Below the pieces are notes generated by a model. That model ran no database searches. It was given only the letters and a program-made list of their open reading frames with translations, and was not told where the DNA came from. Shown one piece after another: positions 36,367 through 45,205 of a stretch of 64,000 bases of DNA. This stretch comes from a virus. The stretch covers positions 5,351 through 69,350 of the IMG/VR virus record IMGVR_UViG_3300026531_000002. One strand, given 5' to 3'. Each line of letters starts with the position of its first letter. Within the stretch, counting starts at the first letter, position 1. Position numbers and translations under genes: made by a program.

Positions 36367-37557
36367 TTACCCAACATTGCTAACCATAGCTACTGCAGTG
36401 TCATTAAGAGTTAATTTTTTAAAGTCAATGTCTCTATATCCTACAAAGATGTTAGTAGAATTTACAATGTTTCTATCAGTTTCAAGAGTGATACCACCTC
36501 TTTCTGCAACACCAAAGTAATCTCTAGCAACTACTAGAACAGCAGTTTTATCACCACTCTCATCATCACTTCCATCTGCGTTCATATTTTCTGGAATGTG
36601 ACTAGAAACAACAATGCTCATACCCCAAACTTTACCAATTTCACCTCTAATTAAAGTTGCCATACTACCATATTTGTCAAGAGTTGTTACCCTATCATCA
36701 GCATTTAATAGGTCATAACCAACTTTAGGGTTTACAACTACTACTAAGTCAGCTGGTCTTAGTCCGTAAAGCCCTAATTTAGCTCTAGCTTCTAAAATGT
36801 TATCAATGTTGATTTTAGCACCGCCATTATCAACAACATTTCCAGCGTCTTTAGCCATTTTTAAAAGTCCATCGAAAGACTTTCTTACATCATTAACATC
36901 AGATATATTCACATCCCCTCTTACAATAGCTTTTTCAGAAGCATCTTTAATACTTCTAACAACTTTAGCTCTAATTAGTGGAGTTAAAAATGGAATTGTT
37001 TCGAGGTCTGCTTGGTCAGCACTTGTTACTAATGCTTTTAGTCTGTCAGTTTTAAAGCTGATTTTACCAGCACCTAAAGCACTCTCAATAGCATCTTGTG
37101 CAGGTTGAATTCTGTATGTTACAATATTATCTACAACTGCTGGAATAGAAAGTGTTTCTCTATTTCTTGGTAAAGTGAATTTAGGGAAGATACTTTCAAG
37201 CTCTAACATTGCTTGTAAATCTTCATAAACAGTTCCTAAGAATTCCTCTGCTAACCAATCTTGTAAATCATCAGGAACTAATGCTTTTTCTTCTAAGATT
37301 TTATACTCATCAAAAGACTTAGCTGGCATACCTGTTACCAGTGACTTAATAAAAAGAACATCTTTAACCTTTTCAACTTCTTTATCAGTTGCTTTTTCAG
37401 GAGTTGCGGTAATATTTTTCTTAGCAAGTTTTTTAAGCTCCATAACCTCTTTGCTTAATTCTTCTACTTGCTCTGCTGTTAGTTTAGATTTTTCTCCTAA
37501 CTCTTGGTTAAGCTCTTGTAGTCTGCTTTCCATTTCTTCAAATTTTTTAATGCCCAT
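36367..37557 (-). CDS. Major capsid protein (HK97 fold, N-terminal coiled-coil delta domain)
   Basis: SEKAIVRGD, FDGL, GEIGKVWGMSIVVS; follows the prohead protease. Confidence 0.9.
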   Translation of the reverse strand: MGIKKFEEMESRLQELNQELGEKSKLTAEQVEELSKEVMELKKLAKKNITATPEKATDKEVEKVKDVLFIKSLVTGMPAKSFDEYKILEEKALVPDDLQDWLAEEFLGTVYEDLQAMLELESIFPKFTLPRNRETLSIPAVVDNIVTYRIQPAQDAIESALGAGKISFKTDRLKALVTSADQADLETIPFLTPLIRAKVVRSIKDASEKAIVRGDVNISDVNDVRKSFDGLLKMAKDAGNVVDNGGAKINIDNILEARAKLGLYGLRPADLVVVVNPKVGYDLLNADDRVTTLDKYGSMATLIRGEIGKVWGMSIVVSSHIPENMNADGSDDESGDKTAVLVVARDYFGVAERGGITLETDRNIVNSTNIFVGYRDIDFKKLTLNDTAVAMVSNVG

Positions 37558-37586
37558 TATACATTCCTTTTATTTTTTGTGTGTGC

Positions 37587-37591
37587 TATCG
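37587..37591 (-). promoter_or_regulatory. Late promoter box CGATA
   Basis: aatttacCGATAgcacacacaaaaaataaaagg. Confidence 0.75.
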
Positions 37592-37600
37592 GTAAATTTT

Positions 37601-38392
37601 CTATGAAAACTGCTCGTTAATTTTTTCTTCTAGTAACTCATAAATTCTTAATTGGTCTTCTAAAGGTAAACTTGCTAATTGCTCTTCAATAGTTTTTTCA
37701 GCCTCTGGTTCAGTTGTTGGTTCAGCCTCTGGTTCAGTTGTTGATTCAGCCTCTGGTTCAGTTGTTGGTTCAGCCTCTGGTTCAGTTGTTGGTTCAGTTG
37801 TTGATTCAGCCTCTGGTTCAGCCTCTGGTTCAGTTGTTGGTTCAGCTTCTTCTTCAAGTGCTTTATAAGCTAATACACATTTCCCATCAGCACACTTAAA
37901 CATTTTAACTTCACTATCTACTTCTGCAATTTGGCTTTCTACATTCATAGGTAGAGGAACAACACTAATTTCAAATAACTTAATTTTAGTTAATAAATAG
38001 TAATCTTCTTTCTTTTCTTCCTCTAAAACTTCATATCCTATTGATAAAGTTCTAAGTGTTCCTGTTTTAAGCCCAAAATATACTTTAGGATAAATATCTC
38101 TAAATACTTCTAGTTGGACATATAGACCATCATCTCTCATTTCAATTTCTAAAGTTTTACCTATAAAGTTTCTATGTTCGTGGTTATACAAAACAATAGG
38201 GTTTTTTAAGTAGTAAGATAAATCATAAGCATCTGGAGCAACAGACTCATTCCATTCATCTTTTACAATTTGTCCTGTTTCATCTTTATAGCGGTTCGCA
38301 TAGCCCTCCACAATAACAGACTCATAACCGTCTGCTTTCTCATTAACCCTAACAGCTTTAATTTCTAAATTAAGGTGTTTAGTTTTCATCAA
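37601..38392 (-). CDS. HK97-family prohead protease with low-complexity C-terminal linker
   Basis: EGYAN, VLYNHE...IGK, DDGLYV, LSIGY, LFEISVVPLPMN. Confidence 0.92.
   Translation of the reverse strand: MMKTKHLNLEIKAVRVNEKADGYESVIVEGYANRYKDETGQIVKDEWNESVAPDAYDLSYYLKNPIVLYNHEHRNFIGKTLEIEMRDDGLYVQLEVFRDIYPKVYFGLKTGTLRTLSIGYEVLEEEKKEDYYLLTKIKLFEISVVPLPMNVESQIAEVDSEVKMFKCADGKCVLAYKALEEEAEPTTEPEAEPEAESTTEPTTEPEAEPTTEPEAESTTEPEAEPTTEPEAEKTIEEQLASLPLEDQLRIYELLEEKINEQFS
37699..37846 (-). repeat. 12-bp-unit coding repeat (EPEA/EPTT/ESTT)
   Basis: Mixed cagcctctggtt and cagttgttg(g/a)tt units. Confidence 0.9.
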
Positions 38393-38417
38393 TTTTCCTT
38401 TTATTTTTTGTGCAGAA

Positions 38418-38422
38418 TGTCG
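38418..38422 (-). promoter_or_regulatory. Late promoter box CGACA
   Basis: aatctaCGACAttctgcacaaaaaataaaagg. Confidence 0.7.
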
Positions 38423-38465
38423 TAGATTGCTTGTATTTGTATTTTGGGATAATGTCAGCTAAAAA

Positions 38466-39848
38466 CTAGCCAACATTGTTAGAAGTAGAATCAACATCTA
38501 AAGGATTATCATTAGCCCCTCCTAAAGGGTCAGATGTTGATGGGTTGTTTGTAGTTACATCTCTTGTAATATCTTCAACGGTAGGGATACCGTTTTCAAC
38601 ATAATGTGGTATTTCTCCTATAATAGAAACTGCTAGAATGTGTTTATCAGCATTTTCAACATCTTTTAATGGTTCTAGCCCTACTAATTCTCTACTTTCA
38701 TTTAAAGATGTTATACCTGTAATATATAGCTGTCTTGCACTTGTTGCTTTAACATCTAGGCTTGTATCTAGTTCTACAACTCTATTTAAATCAAATTCAA
38801 AGTGTAACCCTCTATAAAACTTATTCAAGTGTTGTTGTATTTTATCTTGTATTTTATATAGATAAGGTCTAACAGCTGTATTAAACACCATTTTCATTAG
38901 TTGTTGTGGTTGTGTTGGAGAAGTAATCTCACCACCTAAAACAACAGGGTGTATTTTATAGGCTCTAAAAATTCTCTGTTCTGATACTTTTAATGAGTCT
39001 AATAACATACTATCTCTAGGGTTTGCTTGAATAGGGACATAATCAGCCTTATTAGGTAACACAGCAGTACCTCTTTTGAATTTACCCTCTTTTCCATATA
39101 AATCCCTAAACTGCTCTCTTAAACTCTCTATTTGGTCTGGAGTAAGTGGTAATTCAGATTTTATTAAACCACTTATTAGGCTAGAGCCATCATAAAATGT
39201 TTTAAGCTCCTCTAAAGATGCTTTGTCAAGTTGCATAGTATTTAATAATGCTCTAATAGGGCTGACACCGTAAAAAGGACTTGCTAAGCTTGCATTTCTG
39301 AATTGGATAAGTTCCTCTTCTTTATATGGAATAGAGCTGTTATAAATATAACCACTAATACCGCTATCACTATCATTAATCACAACATCAACAAGATGAG
39401 GTTGGTATAGATACCAGCTTTCAAGTTCAGTCCCTATTTTATCAAAAGTTACATAACTATTACCATTTAATAATAAGCCCTGTGTAATTAACTCAATCAA
39501 CTCACCCCAACTTTGATTAGGGTTTGGAGCTTTGCTCCATTTTATTAATTCAGGCTCTTTAACTTCTTTTTTGTTTCCATCTTTGTCTATTCTATATAAT
39601 GTAGGAATAGCTTGGCTAGCGGCTTTTGCAATATAATCTACACAAGCATAAATCAGTTCACTTGTGTGAAAAGCTGTTGTAGTTCCTGCACTATTTGGGT
39701 TAGCTGTACTCATACCATTAGATAAAATAGTTTCTTCTTTTTTAAGCTGTTCTCTTGTATTCCCACCTAAATGATAAAATGCTTGAGGAGCAGGATTGTT
39801 TTTCTCTTCTATCTCTTTTTTACCAAAGAGTTTTGTAAAAAATCCCAT
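38466..39848 (-). CDS. Portal protein (HK97/T5-like)
   Basis: IYACVDYIA, PNPNQS, LLLNGNSY, YGVSPI, ITSLNESRELVGLEP. Confidence 0.93.
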   Translation of the reverse strand: MGFFTKLFGKKEIEEKNNPAPQAFYHLGGNTREQLKKEETILSNGMSTANPNSAGTTTAFHTSELIYACVDYIAKAASQAIPTLYRIDKDGNKKEVKEPELIKWSKAPNPNQSWGELIELITQGLLLNGNSYVTFDKIGTELESWYLYQPHLVDVVINDSDSGISGYIYNSSIPYKEEELIQFRNASLASPFYGVSPIRALLNTMQLDKASLEELKTFYDGSSLISGLIKSELPLTPDQIESLREQFRDLYGKEGKFKRGTAVLPNKADYVPIQANPRDSMLLDSLKVSEQRIFRAYKIHPVVLGGEITSPTQPQQLMKMVFNTAVRPYLYKIQDKIQQHLNKFYRGLHFEFDLNRVVELDTSLDVKATSARQLYITGITSLNESRELVGLEPLKDVENADKHILAVSIIGEIPHYVENGIPTVEDITRDVTTNNPSTSDPLGGANDNPLDVDSTSNNVG

Positions 39849-39868
39849 AATCTACCTTTTTGGCAGGC

Positions 39869-39873
39869 TATCG
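39869..39873 (-). promoter_or_regulatory. Late promoter box CGATA
   Basis: ctaaaaaatgtgCGATAgcctgccaaaaagg. Confidence 0.75.
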
Positions 39874-39937
39874 CACATTTTTTAGAATTTTTCTTGTTGT
39901 TAAGGTTTGTTTAAGGTTACTTATATTATAATTTCAA

Positions 39938-40080
39938 CAGGTGGCAGGAACAAGACCTCCTACCAAATGATTTTAACTGTCACCTAAGACTGATTGGATT
40001 TATTATCCACTTCATTCTATCTCCTTTTTTAATTATTTATATTTTTGTTAGCCTTGAGTTTAATCCTCTCAAGGCTTTTA
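39938..40080 (+). ncRNA. Candidate small RNA
   Basis: TTAAG..TATAAT promoter 39911-39932; 9-bp stem 39939-39947/39977-39985; terminator 40050-40079; no plus-strand ORF with RBS. Confidence 0.4.
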
Positions 40081-40155
40081 TCCACTTTTTCTATTTCAGT
40101 TTATTTTAAGTTTTATTTTGTTATACTTTCTTATCTAAATTTTAAGGAGATAAAA

Positions 40156-41154
40156 ATGATAAAACTATTTAAGTACGAAGAGAGTAGTATTTATACTAAA
40201 CTTTTTGAAAAAGGGTTTGCAGACTTCTGGACTCATAACTCTGTAAATTATGATAAAGACTATTTAGGCTTTCAAACAAAACTACCAAAAACTGCACAAG
40301 ATGTATTTATGAAGACAATAGGGTTTCAATCTGTAATGGATAGTGGTGTAGTAAATGGATATATCCCGCTTGCTAAAGACTCTGAAGATAAGATGTTGCA
40401 GGCTCTTTATATGTATATTGCTCAAAACGAGTCAATACACAGCCTTAGTTATGCCTATGGACTGCAACAGACTTTTGGAAATCAAGCAGACCAAATTCTT
40501 GAGGAACTTGAAAAGACTCCTGAAGTACAAGATAGAATGAAAGTTGAAGAAGCAGTTGAAGAGGCTTATTCAATAGCTGTTGAGAATAATTTACCTCATA
40601 AAAATAACTTAAGACTCCAACACTTAATTAATACATACCTATTAGAGCATATTAAGTTTCCTGTTAGTTTCTTTGTAGTTTTTTGGTTAAATGATAAATA
40701 CAGTAACCCTTTAAATGGTTTTACTCAAGCTTTGAAAGAAATTGCAAATGATGAATTAAACCTACACACAGTAGCTAATATGAATGTAATCAAAAAAGGG
40801 ATTAAATCAGGAGAGTTTGACAGATATGATGTAGAAAACCTTGCTAAAAATAGGGCAATGTTTATTTATGAGGAAGAAGAAAAGTGGGTTGATTTTCTTT
40901 TAGGGAAAGAAGATTTAAAAGGATTAAATAAAGATTTATACCTATACTTTGTAAAATACCAAACCTATTTAGCACTCAAAAAGTTAGGAATAGAAACTGA
41001 AGAAGTGCCTAAAAAGAGTGTTGTAAGTTGGTTTGATAATTACCGTGATATCAGTAAAGCTCAAGTGTCACAGCAAGAAACTGATGGGGTTTCTTATCAA
41101 AATTTTATAGTAGATGATGTATCAGACTTAGGCGAGCTTGAACTTTATATTTAA
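40156..41154 (+). CDS. nrdB: Ribonucleotide reductase class Ia beta subunit
   Basis: DFW, VMDS, ESIHSLSY (E/H ligands plus radical Tyr), LEHIKF, DELNLH, SQQET; start after AAGGAG. Confidence 0.92.
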   Translation: MIKLFKYEESSIYTKLFEKGFADFWTHNSVNYDKDYLGFQTKLPKTAQDVFMKTIGFQSVMDSGVVNGYIPLAKDSEDKMLQALYMYIAQNESIHSLSYAYGLQQTFGNQADQILEELEKTPEVQDRMKVEEAVEEAYSIAVENNLPHKNNLRLQHLINTYLLEHIKFPVSFFVVFWLNDKYSNPLNGFTQALKEIANDELNLHTVANMNVIKKGIKSGEFDRYDVENLAKNRAMFIYEEEEKWVDFLLGKEDLKGLNKDLYLYFVKYQTYLALKKLGIETEEVPKKSVVSWFDNYRDISKAQVSQQETDGVSYQNFIVDDVSDLGELELYI

Positions 41155-41173
41155 CCAATTTTTAGCAGGTAGT

Positions 41174-41905
41174 CTATATACTACCTGTAACAGGGTTGTT
41201 TTCTGGTATTCCTAAAAATCCTCCAAAATTTCTTTGATTATCAAATTTTACTTTACAAGTTGTATAAGTTTTGTCGCAACCTTTATGTAGGTAAAATCCA
41301 CTAGAACCTATATCAGGACTGGCTAAGTTCCTGTTAAGTGTAATAATATTGTTATCCACATCTACATCTACAATCATTCTATTTGGTTGGTTAGGTATAA
41401 TAATATAACCATCTTTAAAGCTTTCTAAATCAGGAACACTTTGATTTATTTGGATTTTGTTTCCTGATACAATACTGAAAACATTAACTAGTATTTTTAA
41501 ATGTGTTAAACCACAATTTACATCGCCTAACTGAAATCTGCATTTTTTAGAGTAGTATTGAGTTGGAAATTTGCCCCCTGTCAAGATTTTTAACATATCC
41601 CCTGTTGTAATTGTTGCAATTCCTGTTGCATATTCTGTCTCAATAGCTGTTATAATTCCTGTATATAATTGCCTACCACTTTCATTTTTGATAGTCACTT
41701 TTTGAATCATATCAATTAATTCAGTATTGATTTTATTAAAAGGCTCTTTATTATAGGGTACTTTTATTTTTATTTCTTTTTTATTAATATCATTATCTAA
41801 CTTATCAATACTAACAGCTAGAGGTTCATATTGTCCGAATGCTTGTGTAGTGTTATTGAAATACCACACTTTATTATTTATTGTAAATTCAAATAGGTAC
41901 ATCAT
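41174..41905 (-). CDS. Tail hub protein (DUF2163/BR0599-like)
   Basis: CRFQLGDVNCG...GCDKTYTTCKVKFDNQRNFGGF. Confidence 0.85.
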   Translation of the reverse strand: MMYLFEFTINNKVWYFNNTTQAFGQYEPLAVSIDKLDNDINKKEIKIKVPYNKEPFNKINTELIDMIQKVTIKNESGRQLYTGIITAIETEYATGIATITTGDMLKILTGGKFPTQYYSKKCRFQLGDVNCGLTHLKILVNVFSIVSGNKIQINQSVPDLESFKDGYIIIPNQPNRMIVDVDVDNNIITLNRNLASPDIGSSGFYLHKGCDKTYTTCKVKFDNQRNFGGFLGIPENNPVTGSI

Positions 41906-42139
41906 TTATCCTTGACAAACTCTAGTAGGTATCTTATCAATACTATCATTATAACCTAAAAAATTTCCTGCTACCCACGCTGACCCATACAATACAGGTA
42001 TAGGTTTGGAGAGTGTATTTTGAGGTACACTAAATTCCTGTGAAAGCGCTGGAGATGGTGGTGTATCAGGAATTTGAGGTACATTTAATAATAAGTATGT
42101 TAAAAATAACAAACCACCAATTAAAAATAAAAGAAACAT
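41906..42139 (-). CDS. Small tail-tip assembly protein
   Basis: Hydrophobic N-terminus then FSVP...KPIPVLYGSAWVAG. Confidence 0.7.
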   Translation of the reverse strand: MFLLFLIGGLLFLTYLLLNVPQIPDTPPSPALSQEFSVPQNTLSKPIPVLYGSAWVAGNFLGYNDSIDKIPTRVCQG

Positions 42140-42859
42140 TTACACCTCCTTTCCTGCTTTAGTTGCATTTGCATATGTAGTATATACTAATCTTTTCTCA
42201 CAATTATCATTAGGCATTCTGAAATCAATAAATACAGATTTTCTATATTTTTTAATACAAACTTTATCATTTTGATTTCCTCCTAATATATACAGATATC
42301 TCTCATCAGAACTAATACCTAATACTATTCCAATATGTCCACCACCTTTTCTACTTTTAATAGCTAAACTACCATAATAAGGTTTACCAACACTAACCCC
42401 AAAATTTAACCAACTTTTAGCTCTAAAAGGGTATTTAGGTAGATTGTGATAGCCTGCTTTTACCATGATAAAACTAATAAAACTAGCACACCATGGCACA
42501 TCATCTTTCCAATGATACCCCCCTGCTACTCTGTGGTATTGCTCTATTCTTTTATTAGAACCTGCTCCCCTTATTTCAGTTACTCCTAATTCTTCTTTTG
42601 CTATTTTTACATAGTTGTAGGGACATTTTTTAGTGGCTTTTTTACCCTCTTTAAAATATTCTAATAAGAGTTTGACTTGGTCTTGGTTAAGATGATTCAC
42701 AGTGTATAAAGTGATATTACCAAATATATCATCTTCAGTTAAATGTTTATCAAACAATTTATTGATAATTCTTTGTAGTTTCCTAACACTGTATTTTTTA
42801 AATAGGTTTCTGATTTCTTTATTTTTTATTTTTTTGATGCTGACTAAGTATCTACTCAT
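42140..42859 (-). CDS. Endolysin / cell-wall peptidase (TIGR02594, CHAP-NlpC/P60-like)
   Basis: AKEELGVTEI.G, DDVPWCASF, AKSWL.FG, GGGHIG, LGGNQ. Confidence 0.85.
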   Translation of the reverse strand: MSRYLVSIKKIKNKEIRNLFKKYSVRKLQRIINKLFDKHLTEDDIFGNITLYTVNHLNQDQVKLLLEYFKEGKKATKKCPYNYVKIAKEELGVTEIRGAGSNKRIEQYHRVAGGYHWKDDVPWCASFISFIMVKAGYHNLPKYPFRAKSWLNFGVSVGKPYYGSLAIKSRKGGGHIGIVLGISSDERYLYILGGNQNDKVCIKKYRKSVFIDFRMPNDNCEKRLVYTTYANATKAGKEV

Positions 42860-42880
42860 ATCAATTCCTTTTTGTTTGTG

Positions 42881-42885
42881 TGTCG
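42881..42885 (-). promoter_or_regulatory. Late promoter box CGACA, back-to-back with a sigma70 promoter at 42898-42920
   Basis: aaagCGACAcacaaacaaaaagg. Confidence 0.7.
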
Positions 42886-42949
42886 CTTTATTTTATTTTA
42901 AGCTTTATTTTGTTATACTTCTAAAAATAACATATAAAAAGGAGAAAAA

Positions 42950-43261
42950 ATGTTAATCCATAAAAACAATACAACTACAACGGCAGTGAGGTTAAATAAG
43001 CATTATCAGGATTTATACAATCTCACTAAACAACATAATTTAAACTTTAAAAGTAGTTTAGAATGTTTTATTTGTAGTAATATAGATAGTGATTTTGTGT
43101 ATAATAATAAAGACTCTAATAAAGATAACCAAAAAATAGTAGGTATATCATTAGGTAAAGAATTTATAGAACTACTAAAGGAAAAGGAAAAACCCCTAAC
43201 AGATGCTGTTAAGAGTTTTCTTGATTACTTTGAAGCTAGTTTAGGTAGCTCTCTGCATTAA
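42950..43261 (+). CDS. Putative tandem ribbon-helix-helix DNA-binding protein
   Basis: Two strand-helix-helix-like repeats (TTAVRLNKH..., IVGISLGKE...). Confidence 0.4.
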   Translation: MLIHKNNTTTTAVRLNKHYQDLYNLTKQHNLNFKSSLECFICSNIDSDFVYNNKDSNKDNQKIVGISLGKEFIELLKEKEKPLTDAVKSFLDYFEASLGSSLH

Positions 43262-43622
43262 GAGGGTCTTTAGTTACTGATACAATTATTTGTGCAACTT
43301 CTGCAACAATATCAGCAGGTAGCAAATTGATACTCTCATCTAACAGCTGTCCTGCTTGATTAAATTTAGGTTTAATTTCTTTATCATTTTCATCAAATAA
43401 ATTCTTCCAACCCGTTACAGCATTTTTAAATACTTGATAAGCAAATGTACCAGATTGAATAAATGCTTCTTCGCCTCCATTGGTGAATTTAGTAAGGTTA
43501 TCTTCAATTTTTGCAAAAGTTTTGTTGTCAAGTCTTTTAAAAGTAACTGTGAAAGGTTTTTCTTCTGCTCTTTCAATAAGTGGTATATATGTGTATTCTT
43601 TTTGTTTGGTTACAATTTTCAT
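43236..43622 (-). CDS. Tail assembly chaperone (gpG-like)
   Basis: MKIVTK...YIP...AVTGWKNLFDE...LLPADIVAEVA; start placed after the late box and AAGGA. Confidence 0.7.
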   Translation of the reverse strand: MKIVTKQKEYTYIPLIERAEEKPFTVTFKRLDNKTFAKIEDNLTKFTNGGEEAFIQSGTFAYQVFKNAVTGWKNLFDENDKEIKPKFNQAGQLLDESINLLPADIVAEVAQIIVSVTKDPLNAESYLN

Positions 43623-43650
43623 TGTTGTCCTTTTTGAATTTTTTGTTCGG

Positions 43651-43655
43651 TATCG
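43651..43655 (-). promoter_or_regulatory. Late promoter box CGATA
   Basis: actttcCGATAccgaacaaaaaa. Confidence 0.7.
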
Positions 43656-43710
43656 GAAAGTTTGAAAAATTAAGTTTTTTAGGGTATAATAAATAAAAAA
43701 AGGAATTGAT

Positions 43711-43896
43711 ATGAATACTGATTTCACTTTCTGTGATGGGAATGAGTGCAATAAAAGGTATGAATGTAAAAGATGGATTAATAACTACCCTGAAGACTAT
43801 AAAGATAAAAAATTGTGGTATATGTTTAGCTTTGAGTGTATAGAAAATAACTATTCAGCATACATTGAAATAGAAAAGGGTAAAAATGAAGTGTGA
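43711..43896 (+). CDS. Small Cys-rich hypothetical protein
   Basis: DFTFC.G.EC.KR.EC.R; sigma70 promoter 43670-43690. Confidence 0.65.
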   Translation: MNTDFTFCDGNECNKRYECKRWINNYPEDYKDKKLWYMFSFECIENNYSAYIEIEKGKNEV

Positions 43897-44095
43897 TAAC
43901 TGTCTAAATAATTTTGAAGAAAATGATATTTTTTATATGCTACCAACTGAAATAGTTAAGTTAGATGAGAATGATATAGTTACTTTCTATGATAAAAATC
44001 ATAGACCTTTTACACCACTCATCAAGGTTTGTAGAGGTTGTATAATAAAAACAATTAATTATTATTGTGAAGAGTTGGAAATAAAAGAGGGATAA
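43886..44095 (+). CDS. Small zinc-finger-like protein
   Basis: CDNC...CRGC. Confidence 0.6.
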   Translation: MKCDNCLNNFEENDIFYMLPTEIVKLDENDIVTFYDKNHRPFTPLIKVCRGCIIKTINYYCEELEIKEG

Positions 44096-44096
44096 A

Positions 44097-44128
44097 ACAC
44101 CAGCGAAGCCCTGATGAGGGGCTGGTGT
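44097..44128. terminator. Bidirectional terminator
   Basis: acaccagc...gctggtgt stem between convergent genes. Confidence 0.6.
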
Positions 44129-44140
44129 ATCTTAGAAGAA

Positions 44141-45139
44141 TTATACTTCAACAGCTACATAAATTGCTTCGCCGTTATCATCAAGACTAGCCATAAATTC
44201 AATATTATTTACTAAAATTCCGTCATCATCATCAATAGCAACTGAACTATATTTAGATTTAGGAATATAGATAGCAAATTTTTTACCGCCTGTCATAAGT
44301 TCTAGGTAGATTTCTGCATCAGCATTGTTCTTAAACTTGTTAAGTTCGTCCCAACCTGTAAAGTCAATAGTGAATGAACCTTTTACTTCTTTAGCTGTAA
44401 CTTCTTTTGAGTCAATACCACTTGAAGTAATTGCTTCTCTATCTGAAACAGTATTTGATACAGTAAATTTAAGGTTTTTAGCTGTATAAGAAGTCCCATC
44501 AACAGTAAATACAGCATTTTTACCTACAATAGGGTCAAGAATTTCTGGAGTAGCTAGTAAATCTTCACCACTTACACTTTCAAAAGAACTAGCTCCTAAA
44601 TCAAAACTAATAGTAGCAATATCAGCAACTGTAAAGTCAAAATCAACACTATTTGGTACAATACCTTTTAAAGTTAATGATTGAGAGTCTGAAGTATCAC
44701 ACCCCATCATTTCTTTAACAGCTAGTGAACTACCTGTACCACAAGGTTTATTAAGTTTGTATAAAGTAGCTGTTCCTGTTTCACCGCTTTGTGCTTCTAC
44801 AATTTTTTTATTATCACTATCAATAATTGCACCTGTACCATCTCCAGCTGCTTCTTTAATACCTAAAGCTACTTCTAAAACAACATCACCAGCTATTGTA
44901 CCATCATCTTTTCTTGCAAGCTCAAGTCCTAAACTCCCTGAACCTTTTTCTTTACCAGCAAGACTAGGTAGTTTTACGAATGAGTTTACTTGTGCCTTTC
45001 TCTCAATAGTATCAACTTCTGGTTTTAAATTTGTATCACTTGTTACAGCAACTGTATCAGCATCTGTGAAAGTTCCCCCCTCATTAAAGTTAGCTTCTTT
45101 AATGATTGCATAAAGTATCCCTTTACTAGAATAAGCCAT
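44141..45139 (-). CDS. Major tail tube protein
   Basis: Acidic, beta-rich 332 aa; KFTVSNTV...KEVKGSFTIDF...YIPKSKY tail-tube pattern; late box upstream. Confidence 0.8.
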   Translation of the reverse strand: MAYSSKGILYAIIKEANFNEGGTFTDADTVAVTSDTNLKPEVDTIERKAQVNSFVKLPSLAGKEKGSGSLGLELARKDDGTIAGDVVLEVALGIKEAAGDGTGAIIDSDNKKIVEAQSGETGTATLYKLNKPCGTGSSLAVKEMMGCDTSDSQSLTLKGIVPNSVDFDFTVADIATISFDLGASSFESVSGEDLLATPEILDPIVGKNAVFTVDGTSYTAKNLKFTVSNTVSDREAITSSGIDSKEVTAKEVKGSFTIDFTGWDELNKFKNNADAEIYLELMTGGKKFAIYIPKSKYSSVAIDDDDGILVNNIEFMASLDDNGEAIYVAVEV

Positions 45140-45166
45140 TTTTATTCCTTTATTTTTTGTGTGGGC

Positions 45167-45171
45167 TATCG
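45167..45171 (-). promoter_or_regulatory. Late promoter box CGATA
   Basis: tttttagCGATAgcccacacaaaaaataaagg. Confidence 0.75.
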
Positions 45172-45205
45172 CTAAAAATTTGAGGAGAATAAGAGGCAGA
45201 CTTGG

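Noticed and set aside
37675-37899. QQLNQRLN and VQPL repeat proteins
   Set aside because: Alternative frames of the protease linker repeat
40045-40155. ORF-track N-terminal extensions (nrdB 40045, chaperone 43751, nuclease 47166, ant 27085)
   Set aside because: They run through promoters or terminators; downstream starts have clear RBSs
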